NCBI GenBank assembly: GCA_965637545.1
Contig: OZ281496.1
Location: 27,714,001 to 27,778,000 of the forward strand
Reading direction: 5' to 3'
Origin: Phallusia mammillata
Lineage: Eukaryota
DNA length: 64,000 nt
The position numbers were made by a program, and so were the translations under genes. Of this stretch, positions 12,701-24,813 are shown piece after piece. Positions within the stretch are counted from its first letter, which is position 1; every line of letters begins with the position of its first letter. The notes below the pieces were generated by a model. That model had not been told where the DNA came from, did no database searches, and saw nothing but the letters and a program-made list of their open reading frames with translations.

Positions 12701-15161
12701 AAGATAGGACATCGCATGCTTTTTAGTAGATCTTGTGTTTGGGTAATGTGAGTGGAAAACACCAAATAAACAGTGATATATTGATTGTACGAAATCTTGT
12801 GTAATTAAATTGTGACAAAATTGTCTGACAACTTGAAATTACCTCTACGGAAGACATTTTTTCAAAAACATTTGTATTTTACACTCGGCAAAAATGTACA
12901 AAAAAAAATTGCGCAAATCAAACTGAGCGAATCATTTTACCTGCGCAGCTTAAACCGTCTCCTGTGAATCCAGTGTTACATGTACAGATGACAGCAGCTG
13001 CACCATTAGGTGTACAGGCAGCGTTGCTATCGCAGTTGTTTATAGTATCGTTCAAACACGCAGTGGTTTCTGAAATGTATAACGGTATTGTTTACATATT
13101 ACTACGTTAATATTTTTTTAGTGTTTGTTGTTATCATTTTTTTTATCATTTTACATAGATACTAGAGCAATGGCCGGGGCCGGTTCGTGAGGAATTTATT
13201 ACCGGGTTCTATACTTTTTCAGGTTTGAAGCTTTCATTGCTTATAAACATAATTACTAAATAAGCTTAAGGTTCTCATTGGATCAACTTTGTAATAGTTA
13301 CTTTAAATACCGGTCCGATAAAATTTCGGTTTTGAAACGGTCCGCAGTGCAAAAAAGGTTGCCATCTCCTGTGCTAAGCGTTTGTAGTGCTTAAATGTGT
13401 CTATGCAGGCTACTGGATAATGCCTTAAAATTGATAGAAAATTGTTTTTCACTTACCTACGCAAACCTGTTCACTATTGATTGAGTATCCATCATTGCAA
13501 GTACATGTGTAAGACCCGATGTTGTTTGTACATGAGGCAGTCTGTGGTCCGCACACGGTGGAGTTTACCATGCATTCATCAATGTCTAAAGAGTATTGCT
13601 CATTCTAATGATTTGGTGCAGACCAAGGCACTTTTTAAGTCACTTTGTGCTGTCTTCAAAGGCTTTTAATTTTCATTATGAGATGTGAGTTCTTTAGACC
13701 ATGAAAATTGTTTGTCAGGTCGGTGTAGCATTCAGTAACATTTGCTTCAGTAACACCCCTATTTTGTTAGGTTGTTTAGTAGGAAATCGTACTTAAACAC
13801 GCCGTTAAAAAGCATGATCGTTTTGAAATACACCTTAACACTTACATACTTACTGCTAGAGTATGCATTTAAACACTTTTTAAAATGTGCTCAACAATTG
13901 GATCACGCAGTTTGCGTCTTAATGCCTGTAAATCTTTTTTATTGGCACTTGTGCAGTCTGGGATGAACATGATAAACGTTACTGACCTGCGCAACTTGTT
14001 CCAGCTGGAACGATCCCGTTTGGATCCACCGTGACTGTGCTATTGTCGGTATATCCACTGTTACATGTGCACTGAACCAATGACAATCCTCGATCGGTGC
14101 ATGTCGCGTTGACGTGGCAAGGATGGAGTGTTGTAGAACAAACGTCACTAACTTTAAAATGTACATTAAGTTTTGTAATATCGCCAAAACATAATGAAAA
14201 GTTATTGTTTAAATCTTTTACATCTGGACCGTTCGTTGTGCTATACCTAAGTTTTATGTGACAAAAGTCATTCACTGATTAATATATAGTCCCTATTTTA
14301 ATTCAAATAACCATCCATACTATTTTGTAGATTCAATCGTTTAGAGAAGGGTCACCAAACTACGGCCCGCTGGCCGGATTTATTAGCTTATTAAACATCA
14401 ACACACTTATCCGGCCCGCAGTGAAAAAAGTTTGGTAACGCCTGGTTTAGAACACTGCATGTGGATCTGTGTAAAAGTTTAGTGATAAAATAACGGCTAT
14501 TTGACGTAAAAATCGACATGCTTTATCACTGATGATGCCATGAACATTTGCCGAAACGTTTGAACAAAAATGTTGCTTTTTACGTCTATTTGTGCCGTTG
14601 TTTTCATTATTTAATTGTTTGGTCTGTTACAGTAGCTTATAGTGCAAAGGTAGTTCAAATACACATATTAAAGAGCAAGGCCAGGCGTGTGACATTCGTT
14701 TAGTTTAACGCACTGCCTTCTTGATTTGACTCGGAGACTATGATGTTTCTTGAATCTTGTGCGATAGCCAAGTTGATGTAGGCCAGGGTTTCAGTGCTGG
14801 CCGTAATGGAGCCACCATCGCCACTTGGAACAGTACGGTTGTATACGACAATAACTGTGATGAAAAAGAAGATATGTTATGGTGGCAGTAGCATTTTTAT
14901 AATGTTAAGAGAATAAACACATATTTATAGAATTTATTCTTACATTTGTTATCTTTACGTTTTTTTTTGAAAAAAAACCTCGGCTCTTGTAAGGCCACCT
15001 TATCCGATAAACCAGCATTTCAAAGGATTTGACCGAGTAACGGATTTTAAACGCGCAGCACATTTACATTACACCAAACTTAACTTACCGGCGTCCGGAT
15101 TGACCTGGGCCCATCCACTGGTAATCATTGCGAACAACAACACTACATTCATAAGCAACAT
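9789..15161 (-). CDS. Gene H: predicted GPI-anchored protein with signal peptide, Cys-free N-terminal domain, 9 EGF/cbEGF repeats and Thr-rich stalk (~518 aa)
   Basis: Exons 15089-15161 ([24 protein letters not shown]), 14714-14854, 13987-14151, 13457-13585, 12941-13069, 12482-12610, 12161-12295, 11571-11693, 11154-11279, 10663-10797, 10294-10413, 9789-9940 (STASTTTT...[28 protein letters not shown]). All phase 1, 1557 nt open. Confidence 0.85.
12057..12099 (-). pseudogene. Relic 3' end of an EGF exon with dead donor (copy of 4521-4563)
   Basis: Same 43-nt [14 protein letters not shown] remnant followed by gaaaaa instead of gt. Confidence 0.7.
13165..13372. mobile_element. Degenerate hAT-like MITE, shared with the gene G intron (~19035-19228)
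   Basis: Right end cggtccgcagtgcaaaaaaggttgccatctcctg resembles the right end of the 36438-36609 element. Left TIR and TSD are decayed. Confidence 0.4.
14347..14444. mobile_element. ~100-bp hAT-type MITE, copy in gene H intron 2
   Basis: Imperfect TIRs (a)agggtcaccaaac / gtttggtaacgcctg, TSD gtttagag/gtttagaa. Same site as 20185-20284. Confidence 0.75.
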
Positions 15162-15794
15162 GTTTTTCTCTTTTGTGTAGCTTTTGAAACCACCGTGACC
15201 AAACTTTACGATTAGTTTTCAATATAGACGTACCTATGCGAAACTGCCTAAATTTTAAAGCAAAATCCGCCGTAGTTACAAAACAAAACAACCGGCTTTA
15301 TTGTTACAATGCCTTTTTAGAGTTGTTTCTAAATAAAAACGTTCAGCTGAACTTTGCCTTACACTGTACGGTTTTGAGGTTTTATTAAAACGAAAGCTCG
15401 AAAAACAAAAAATTCTACTGCCACAAGTACTCTTTTCTCACTGTTATTTCGTCCTTGTTAACCAGCACCTTACAATCTCGGCCATAAATTTCAAACAAGC
15501 ACATTTAACAACGTTGTACAACCTATTCGTGCTAATACTATGATCATAAGACATTGGTACCCACATCCAAATGGGGATAGGCGTTGTTCATTTTACACTA
15601 TTACGTCACATTGATGCTCGGTCGCGCGTAACCCATGATGGCTGCGCCCTAAAATGATTCAAAACATTGATTCGTACAAGTGTCGTAATACGGAAAACCT
15701 ATGTCGAGCACAAAACTAGAGGCTTTGATTTTCGGAAATTGTGGGGTTGGGAAGGGGTTTACCGCTTAGAATCAACAAAGCAGTTTTCACTGGT

Positions 15795-15928
15795 TATGTA
15801 CGGGAGTTATATAGGTAGAAAATGCTTTTTGTTTGGGAAACAAAACACGAAACTGGTCTTTTATGTACGGGAGTTATATAGGTAGAAAATGCTTTTTGTT
15901 TGGGAAACAAAACACGAAACTGGTCTTT
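15795..15928. repeat. 67-bp direct tandem duplication (also 21660-21793; single copy near 25460)
   Basis: tatgtacgggagttatataggtagaaaatg...gaaactggtcttt occurs twice in tandem. Confidence 0.9.
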
Positions 15929-16638
15929 TATGTACCGGAACCGCTATTTTACGTGTTACGACATTAGTGCTTATTTTATTCTGATTTACAGGTAAAAGGT
16001 TTGACAAGTCTACCGTTACCTCGCTATGCCGGTCGATAATGCAAAACCTTTCGGTACCATCCGATATGTCAGTTTACGAACCAAAACAATTAAACCAGCC
16101 AAGAGTGCACTTTTGTGTGATTTGTAGCACAAACTGTATACCTTGTTTGAAAACAACGTCGTTTTACGCTATAACCCAATGGTTTGACTCATTCATTTAG
16201 TATGATTGGTTTCTTTACTTATTTTAGGTGAAAGGACAAATTGGTATTTAATGTATTTTCTCCACTGATACGATTGGTTGTTTTGTTAATGCTAAAATTT
16301 ACACCATCCAGTCTATTCACAATTTCCACGTACAGGGCGTAATGTGTTAAAATTCTTTAACGTCTAGTGGCTAAAATGATCACCTCTAATCGCTTATGTA
16401 GACATGATGTTTCTTTGTGGAGCAACAAGCGTAACGAGGTCTAGGGTACAACTACAGTCATGAAATGTGTCGATGAACATCAATGTCAACAATTTGTTGG
16501 TCATGCTTTGTCCTGCTTCTTTTGTTTAAAATGTCTGCTTTTCTGTTTGTTGAAATAACTTTATCTTTAAAACCATTTGGCCTCGATTAGCCCCTTATGT
16601 CCATATGGTACATGCTCTTATCACGTATTCTTTTAAGG

Positions 16639-16654
16639 CAGTGGTTCTCAAACT
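16639..16654. mobile_element. Solo hAT-like terminal repeat (also 22507-22522)
   Basis: cagtggttctcaaact matches the other hAT TIRs in the window. No partner TIR or TSD found. Confidence 0.35.
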
Positions 16655-17614
16655 GCCGGAACTTTTCAGGTGGTATGCGAGTAGCTTTCTGTAATACCTA
16701 ATTTAAGTCCGATCTGAAATTGCAACTCAGCTGATGCACTGATCAGCCCTGGTTTGGGCAAAACTCGTGTTTTGTACAGTCTTTAGAAAATGTTAGGAAG
16801 ATTTGGCTTTAGAAAGCCTTTAGAAAACTTGCCTATTTTATGGGAAACCGTTTGACAAATATCCAGATTGGTTGTTAATAGCCTACATTTATTTGCGTCT
16901 AGGCAAAAGCAATTCTAAAGTAAATGATTCTAAGTTGTGTGTGGATGTTGTACATATAAAACCACTGTCCATCCCAGCTAATGGTTGACCAAGAAAACAG
17001 GTATACAAAACAACTGCATATACAACAATTTGGTCATGTCTGTCCCACCCAATCGTGATGCAGCGTTGCCTTGAATATCTGCAAACAAAAGTCAAATTAC
17101 AGTAACGTGGTTTAACGTGGTTTACTATAGTTCGAATAGATTTGAAACACAAGTTTTTAAGCAGTAGCCTATTGGGAAATGTTTGTAGGACTGTGGCATG
17201 ACGCAGTTTGTGCACCGCAAATTGTGGAGTTTCCAGCGCATTCGTCAATATCTGAGATGTATGTGACGTTAAATAGCATTTCCATGCAACATTTAACGTT
17301 AAAGCCAATCAAACCCGAGAAAAAAATAGTTAAATTTCTGCCCGCTTAACGATAGGACATCGCATGCTTTTTAGTATATCTTGTGTTTGGGTAATGTGAG
17401 TGGAAAACACCAAATAAACAGTGGTATACGTACGAAATCTTGTGTAATTAAATTGTGACAAAATTGTCTGACAACTTGAAATTACCTCTACTGAAGACAT
17501 TTTTTCAAAAACATTTGTATTTTACACTTGTCGAAAGTGTACAAACAAACATAAGTTTCACAAATCGATGTGAGTTTTACAAATCAAAAAAAAAAAATTA
17601 CCTGCGCAGCTTAA

Positions 17615-18844
17615 CCCTTTATAACTGCTGAATTCTTTTTGACAAAAATTATGGTTTAGACATGCTCTTGCTCTTTAAGGTTTTATGCAAAATCGATAGA
17701 AGATAGGCAAAAACTTTCTCCGGAAAAGTTGTTGGGTATAAAATTTTCTACAATTTAAAGAAATTTTTTTCGTCAATGACGTCATCACTTACGAAATGAC
17801 GTCATTTCAATTCTATTTTTTTATAAAATTGCAGTTTATTTATGTTTTTCGTTACAATTATTAGTTCCAAGTTGTTTTACAAACAATTCCTTAAAAAATA
17901 TTGATGTGTTTTTTTTCGATGACGTCATTAATTAGCCCATGACGTCATAATGAACAATTTTAGTTACTTGTTTTACTGTAGTAAAGGACAAAATCAATGT
18001 TTTTGAGGGTATAAAACTTGTTTTTAACAATAATTATTGGCAATCTTTCCAATTTACTGACTTATTCTAATGTTTACCAAATACCTGTACACATAATGCA
18101 TTCACAAGTGTTTGTACAGGGGATGTTTATTATGTATCATTACACCACAACATGTAAAATTTTGAAACACAGTTCACAGAAGTTAGCAGAAAAACCACAA
18201 TTCCAAGCATTCCAAAGGAATTTTGCACTGATTCTTCTGTATTTGTTGTCCATTTATGAGGCCAAATCCTCCCATCATTTGACAAATATAAATACAGTTG
18301 ATGACCAAATACAATCAAAATATAGGTCAGCAACCATAAACTTCTCGAGTCAAAAGGCTTCTACAACAGTTGTTTTCGTGATAAATAACTGCTGTCACCA
18401 CTAATAGTAGCTAAACTGACTGATACAGCATTATATTCAAGCAAACCAAGGCAAATTCACTGCCCCCAACTACCCACTTCCAAGCCCAATTCAGCTGCAC
18501 ACATATCAAATTGTAAACAAAGATCGCCGCGACACGCACGCAAAGCCCTGAAATCAACTCCAAACAGCTGTCTGTGAATCAACCAAGCGTAAAATAACAA
18601 AAAACGGCTTAAAAACAAAAATTAGGAAAAAACATGTGTTTTTCCGAATTTTTACTTTCTCCTTACTGTAATTAATTTTTTTCAAATACTGACATATCAT
18701 TTTTTTCGAATAAATTGAATACAATATGCATAAGCTTTCAAACGCACCCCAGTTGGAAAAAATATTCGCACTGATATGATTTTTATCGCTGTTTACAACG
18801 AGGCATGTCTCGGGGCGCATTTATGCGCCCCCCGCAGTTAAGGG
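17615..18844. mobile_element. Non-autonomous piggyBac-type element (1230 bp) inside an EGF exon
   Basis: TTAA on both sides (17611-17614, 18845-18848), ends CCCT...AGGG with imperfect TIRs (ccctttataactgc vs cccttaactgc). No transposase ORF. The uninterrupted exon is at 12941-13069. Confidence 0.85.
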
Positions 18845-20184
18845 TTAACATCTCCTATGAATCCAGTGTTACATGTACAGATGACAGCTGCTGCACCATT
18901 AGGTGTACAACCAGCGTTGCTATCGCAGTTGTTTATAGTTTCGTTCAAACACGCAGTGGTTACTGAAAAATATAACGGTATAGTTAGCATATCTCTACGT
19001 TATTATTTGTTGTTAACATTTTTACATAGATGCTAGAGCAATTGTCAGGTCCGGTGCCGGTTAGTGAGGAATTCATTACCGGGTTCTATACTTTTTCAGG
19101 TTAAAAGCTTTCATTGCTTCGCAACATAATTCCTAAACAAGCTTAAGGTTGTCATTTGGATTAACGTTGTAATAGTTATAATTTCGGTTTCAAAGTGGTC
19201 CGCAGTGCAAAGAAGGCTGCCATCCCTGTGCTAAGCATATGTAATGCTTACGTGTTTATGCAGGCTGCAGCATAGTGCCTTAAAATTGATAGAAAATTGT
19301 TTTTCACTTACCCACGCAAACCTGTTCAGCGTTGATCGAGTATCCATCATTGCAAGTACATGTGAAAGATCCGATGTCGTTTGTACATGAGGCAGTCTGT
19401 GGTCCGCACACGGTGGAGTTTACCATGCATTCGTCAATGTCTAAAACATATTGCTCATTCTAATGATTTGATGCAAACGAAGGCCACATTTTAAGTTTGT
19501 GTTTTCTTCATCAGCTTTTAATTTACATTATAAGATGTGAATTCTTTGGACGATGAAAATTGTTTGTTAGGTCAGTGTAGTATTACTGCTTCAGTAACAT
19601 TGCTATTGTGTTAGCTTGTTAAGTACGAAATCGCTTAAAACACGCGTCGTTGAAAAGCATGATCGTTTTTAAATACACCTCAGTACTTGCATACTTACTG
19701 CTAGACTATGTATTTAAGCACTTTTAAAAATGTGCTCGATTCAATTGGATCACGCAGTTTGATTCAATTGGATCACGCAGTAATTAGCACTTGTGTAGTC
19801 TGGGATGAACATGATAAACATTTCTGACCTGCGCAACTTGTTCCAGCTGGAACGATCACGTTTGGATCCAGCGTGACTGTGCTGTTGTCGGTATATCCAC
19901 TGTTACATGTGCACTGAACCAATGACAATCCTCGATCGGTGCATGTCGCGTTGACGTGGCAAGGGTGTAGTGTAGTCGAACAAACGTTACTAACTTTAAA
20001 ATGCACATTAAATTTTGTAATATCACCAAAACATATTGAAAAGTTATTGTTTAAATCTTCTACAACTGTACCTCTCGTTATGCTATTCCTTTAGTATTAT
20101 GTGAAAAAAGTCATTCACTGAATAATATCTAGCCCTAATTCAAGTAACCATCCACACTATTTTTTTAGAATAAATCGTTTAGAA

Positions 20185-20284
20185 CAGGGGTCACTAAACT
20201 ACGGCCCACAGGACGAATTTATTAAACATATTAGACAATATTAAACTTATCCGCCCCGCAGTGAAAAAAGTTTGGTAATCCCTG
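20185..20284. mobile_element. 100-bp hAT-type MITE, copy in gene G intron 2
   Basis: TIRs caggggtcactaaact / agtttggtaatccctg, perfect TSD gtttagaa (20177-20184, 20285-20292). Confidence 0.85.
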
Positions 20285-22845
20285 GTTTAGAATACTGCAT
20301 GTGGATCTGTTTATAAGTTTAGTGATAAAATAAGGACTTTATTTGACGTAAAAATCGACATGCTTTATCACTGATGATGCCATGAACATTTGCCGAAACG
20401 TTTGAACAAAAATGTTGCTTTTTACGTCTATTTGTGCCGTTGTTTTCATTATTTAATTGTTTGGTCTGTTACAGTAGCTTATAGTGCAAAGGTAGTTCAA
20501 ATACACATATTAAAGAGCAAGGCCAGGCGTGTGACATTCGTTTAGTTTAACGCACTGCCTTCTTGATTTGACTCGGAGACTATGATGTTTCTTGAATCTT
20601 GTGCGATAGCCAAGTTGATGTAGGCCAGGGTTTCAGTGCTGGCCGTAATGGAGCCACCATCGCCACTTGGAATAGTAAGGTTGTATACGACAATAACTGT
20701 GATGAAAAAGAAGATATGTTATGGTGGCAGTAGCATTTTTATAATGTTAAGAGAATAAACACATATTTATAGGATTTATTCTTACATTTGTTATCTTTAC
20801 GTTTTTTTTTAAAAAAAACTCGGCTCTTGTAAGGCCCTTATCCGATAAACCAGCATTTCAAAGGATTTGACCGAGTAACGGATTTCAAACAGTGCATCTA
20901 CATCGCTTGTTTAACGCGTAGCACATTTACATTACACTAAACTTGTAACTTACCGGCGTCCGGATTGACCTGGGCCCATCCACTGGTAATCATTGCGAAC
21001 AACAACACTACATTCATAAGCAACATGTTTTTCTCTTTTGTGTAGCTTTTGAAACCACCGTGACCAAACTTTACGATTAGTTTTCAATATAGACGTACCT
21101 ATGCGAAACTGCCTAAATTTTAAAGCAAAATCCGCCGTAGTTACAAAACAAAACAACCGGCTTTATTGTTACAATGCCTTTTTAGAGTTGTTTCTAAATA
21201 AAAACGTTCAACTGAACTTTGCCTTACACTGTACGGTTTTGAGGTTTTATTAAAACAAAAGCTCGAAAAACAAAAAATTCTACTGCCACAAGTACTCTTT
21301 TCTCACTGTTATTTCGTCCTTGTTAACCAGCACCTTACAATCTCGGCCATAAATTTCAAACAAGCACATTTAACAACGTTGTACAACCTATTCGTGCTAA
21401 TACTATGATCATAAGACATTGGTACCCACATCCAAATGGGGATAGGCGTTGTTCATTCTACACTATTACGTCACATTGATGCTCGGTCGCGCGTAACCCA
21501 TGATGGCTGCGCCCTAAAATGATTCAAAACATTGATTCGTACAAGTGTCGTAATACGGAAAACCTATGTCGAGCACAAAACTAGAGGCTTTGATTTTCGG
21601 AAATTGTGGGGTTGGGAAGGGGTTTACCGCTTAGAATCAACAAAGCAGTTTTCACTGGTTATGTACGGGAGTTATATAGGTAGAAAATGCTTTTTGTTTG
21701 GGAAACAAAACACGAAACTGGTCTTTTATGTACGGGAGTTATATAGGTAGAAAATGCTTTTTGTTTGGGAAACAAAACACGAAACTGGTCTTTTATGTAC
21801 CGGAACCGCTATTTTACGTGTTACGACATTAGTGCTTATTTTATTCTGATTTACAGGTAAAAGGTTTGACAAGTCTACCGTTACCTCGCTATGCCGGTCG
21901 ATAATGCAAAACCTTTCGGTACCATCCGATATGTCAGTTTACGAACCAAAACAATTAAACCAGCCAAGAGTGCACTTTTGTGTGATTTGTAGCACAAACT
22001 ATAAACCTTGTTTGAAAACAACGTCTTTTTACGCGATATTAACCCAATGGTTTGACTCGTTCATTAAGTATGATTGGTTTCTTTACTTATTTTAGGTGAA
22101 AGGACAAACTGGTATTTGATGTATTTTCTCCACTGATACGATTGGTTGTTTTGTTAATGCTAAAATTTACACCATCCAGTCTATTCACAATTTCCACGTA
22201 CAGGGCGTAATGTGTTAAAATTCTTTAACGTCTAGTGGCTAAAATGATCACCTCTAATCGCTTATGTAGACATGATGTTTCTTTGTGGAGCAACAAGCGT
22301 AACGAGGTCTAGGGTACAACTACAGTCATGAAATGTGTCGATGAACATCAATGTCAACAATTTGTTGGTCATGCTTTGTCCTGCTTCTTTTGTTTAAAAT
22401 GTCTGCTTTTCTGTTTGTTGAAATAACTTTATCTTTAAAACCATTTGGCCTCGATTAGCCCCTTATGTCCATATGGTACATGCTCTTATCACGTATTCTT
22501 TTAAGGCAGTGGTTCTCAAACTGCCGGAACTTTTCAGGTGGTATGCGAGTAGCTTTCTGTAATACCTAATTTAAGTCCGATCTGAAATTGCAACTCAGCT
22601 GATGCACTGATCAGCCCTGGTTTGGGCAAAACTCGTGTTTTGTACAGTCTTTAGAAAATGTTAGGAAGATTTGGCTTAAGAAAGCCTTTAGAAAACTTGC
22701 CTATTTTATGGGAAACCGTTTGACAAATATCCAGATTGGTTGTTAATAGCCTACATTTATTTGCGTCTAGGCAAAAGCAATTCTAAAGTAAATGATTCTA
22801 AGTTGTGTGTGGATGTTGTACATATAAAACCACTGTCCATCCCAG

Positions 22846-24300
22846 CTAATGGTTGACCAAGAAAACAGGTATACAAAACAACTGCATAAACAACAATTTG
22901 GTCATGTCTGTCCCACCCAATCGTGATGCAGCGTTGCCTTGAATATCTGCAAACAAAAGTCAAATTACAGTAATCATGTTTGGTATTCATAAATACATGC
23001 TTGAATCAATGCAATTGTTGTGGTTACAACGTGCGATTACCTATACCTCAGTTCGTTCATTTAATGTGATTTCAAACAGTGCTTTACCCATGAGATCTAC
23101 ACATGTTCCATTGACTGTCTTGAAAGTGTTTGCTCGGCAAATGCATAACGGTTTATTGAAGTTGTTTGACACGCATGACCCCAATCCACAGTCCCTGTTG
23201 CAATCGTTGGCTACGGTTTCGGCTTTGGCTACTGCAAAAACAAAAACCCTTGTGCCGCTGTTGACGGTTGCCTTTTAAAAGTTATCAGCAATGCCATTTA
23301 CGCAGTTTATCCGGCATGTAGCTCTCCTGTCCGGCAGACTGTTATTTTGTAGGGAATAATAGCTGTAGAGGACATATAATATTTAAGTTCAGTCGGTGGA
23401 CTTTCAAATTAAAGTGTATGTTGAAGAATTTTAAATGTGATGCGTATAACGTCAGATTTTTTGACCGTATATAAACTTACCACATACACCGCCTGCTGTC
23501 TTGATGGTTTGTTGAGTGCAGACACATTGCTGGTTGTTGATAGCATTAAGTACACAGATTCCCAAGCCGCAGTTCCTGTTACAGGCATCCTCTGCAAAAT
23601 TGAAAAAAAAATTATTAAGTGATCCGCCGAAAGCTACTATAGCCACGTAAATCGCCATAACATTTTGCTTTCGGAGAAGCTTATATTGAGGTAATTGAGT
23701 TTAAATAACGATGTGGGCTGGTTGTAGATACGTTGTGTGTAGACTACGTTTTGTAAGTTTTACCAGGGTCTCGTTGGAAGGAAGCTTGGACTTCAGCTTC
23801 CACATCATCCGATTGTCTAGGACTTCGTCTCCGCCTACAGTTGCGAACAAATATATCGAATAAGCATGCTAGTCTTTTTTAATATTTGTGTTGTATATTG
23901 AAAGAGTCGTGCAGGAAATTAAATACGCCTTTAATAAGCAGCCATATGACCCTTATCCTATGCAGACATTTTAGGGTGTTTATGCAGATAATAATTTAGC
24001 ATTCTGGTTATTTGCTTCCTACTAAGTTAGTCAGTTCCTCATTATGGAATATATTACACAAACTTTAACATGCCAGATTGGAATTTTATTCAGTGTGTGA
24101 TATAACTTAAGAGTATAAAATGACATCGTGCTTTTAACTGCACAAGCCACTTGTTACCACGGCGATAAGAAATACGCTTTATCCTGATGTGCTTACGCTT
24201 TATCCTGATGTAAAGTAAAGATGTTTTTGACTCTTGCGTGAATGCACCATGCTTCGTTGACCAATATAAAGAATAGAGCAATGAAAGTACTATACTTCAT
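22846..24300 (-). CDS. Gene F: small predicted GPI-anchored protein with two EGF-like modules and a basic pro-segment (176 aa)
   Basis: Exons 24197-24300 (MKYSTFIALFFILVNEAWC..., phase 2), 23764-23834 (RRRSPRQSDDVEAEVQASFQRDP), 23481-23591 (EDACNRNCGLGIC...), 23088-23231 (VANDCNRDCGLGSC...), 22846-22946 (DIQGNAASRLGGTDMTKLLFMQLFCIPVFLVNH*). 531 nt open. Confidence 0.82.
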
Positions 24301-24740
24301 TTTGAAACGTTCTTAAAACCCAACTCTCTTTTAAATATATTGGTTTACTGGGTTGTTTAAAGTGTGATACTCTACTCTTGCTTTTTAAGTTGCTATTGAT
24401 ACTGGGCGTTGTTATAAGCTTAGCAACCAAGACAAACTTCATCTGTGCTAGTGCTTAATAATTAAGTAGTACTTGACAACAAGGCAATTTTAACAGCAGA
24501 TCTAAAAACTGACACAGCATCGTTACAGCTCAGTTCTGCCCTCAAACTGAACACGAAATGTGCGCCCTCGTATTTTTTTTGACTCTGTTTGAAGCGTTTT
24601 GCCACACTACAAACCAATATGAAGTAAAGTTACAAAGGGCATATGGCAGTGGCCAATCGTGTTTACGTTTTCTCATATCGAAGCAATGAGGCGTTAATTC
24701 TGTTTCTACCTTTGCAGAATACACTAAACTTGTAACTTAC

Positions 24741-24813
24741 CGGCGTCCGGATTGACCTGGGCCCATCCACTGGTAATCATTGCGAACAACAACACTACAT
24801 TCATAAGCAACAT
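24741..24813 (-). other. Orphan G/H-type signal-peptide exon upstream of gene F
   Basis: Same [24 protein letters not shown]+G|gtaagt as the gene G and H leaders. About 20 nt into its intron the sequence switches to E/F upstream DNA (compare 24500-24718 with 28290-28480). Confidence 0.8.

Larger units (their letters stand above)
15070..17105. repeat. ~2-kb block present three times (15070-17105, 20930-22975, 24720-26560): E/F-type terminal exon, spacer and G/H-type leader exon
   Basis: Identical ORF-track peptides at 15085/20950 and 15667/21532 (constant offset 5865). The third copy (24737 ORF) is slightly more diverged. Confidence 0.92.
16978..21026 (-). pseudogene. Gene G: damaged chimeric paralog of gene H ending in an E/F-type GPI exon; could still yield a 2-EGF GPI protein by exon skipping
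   Basis: Intact exons 20954-21026, 20556-20696, 19829-19993, 19312-19440. The next EGF exon (18962 to 17602) is split by a 1.2-kb insertion. The next (acceptor 17251, [18 protein letters not shown]) has lost its 3' part and donor. Terminal exon 16978-17078 reads DIQGNAASRLGGTDMTKLLYMQLFCIPVFLVNH*. Confidence 0.75.

Noticed and set aside
18018-18404. 128-aa ORF as a piggyBac transposase
   Set aside because: Far too short, no recognisable catalytic motifs, and composition typical of a chance AT-rich ORF.
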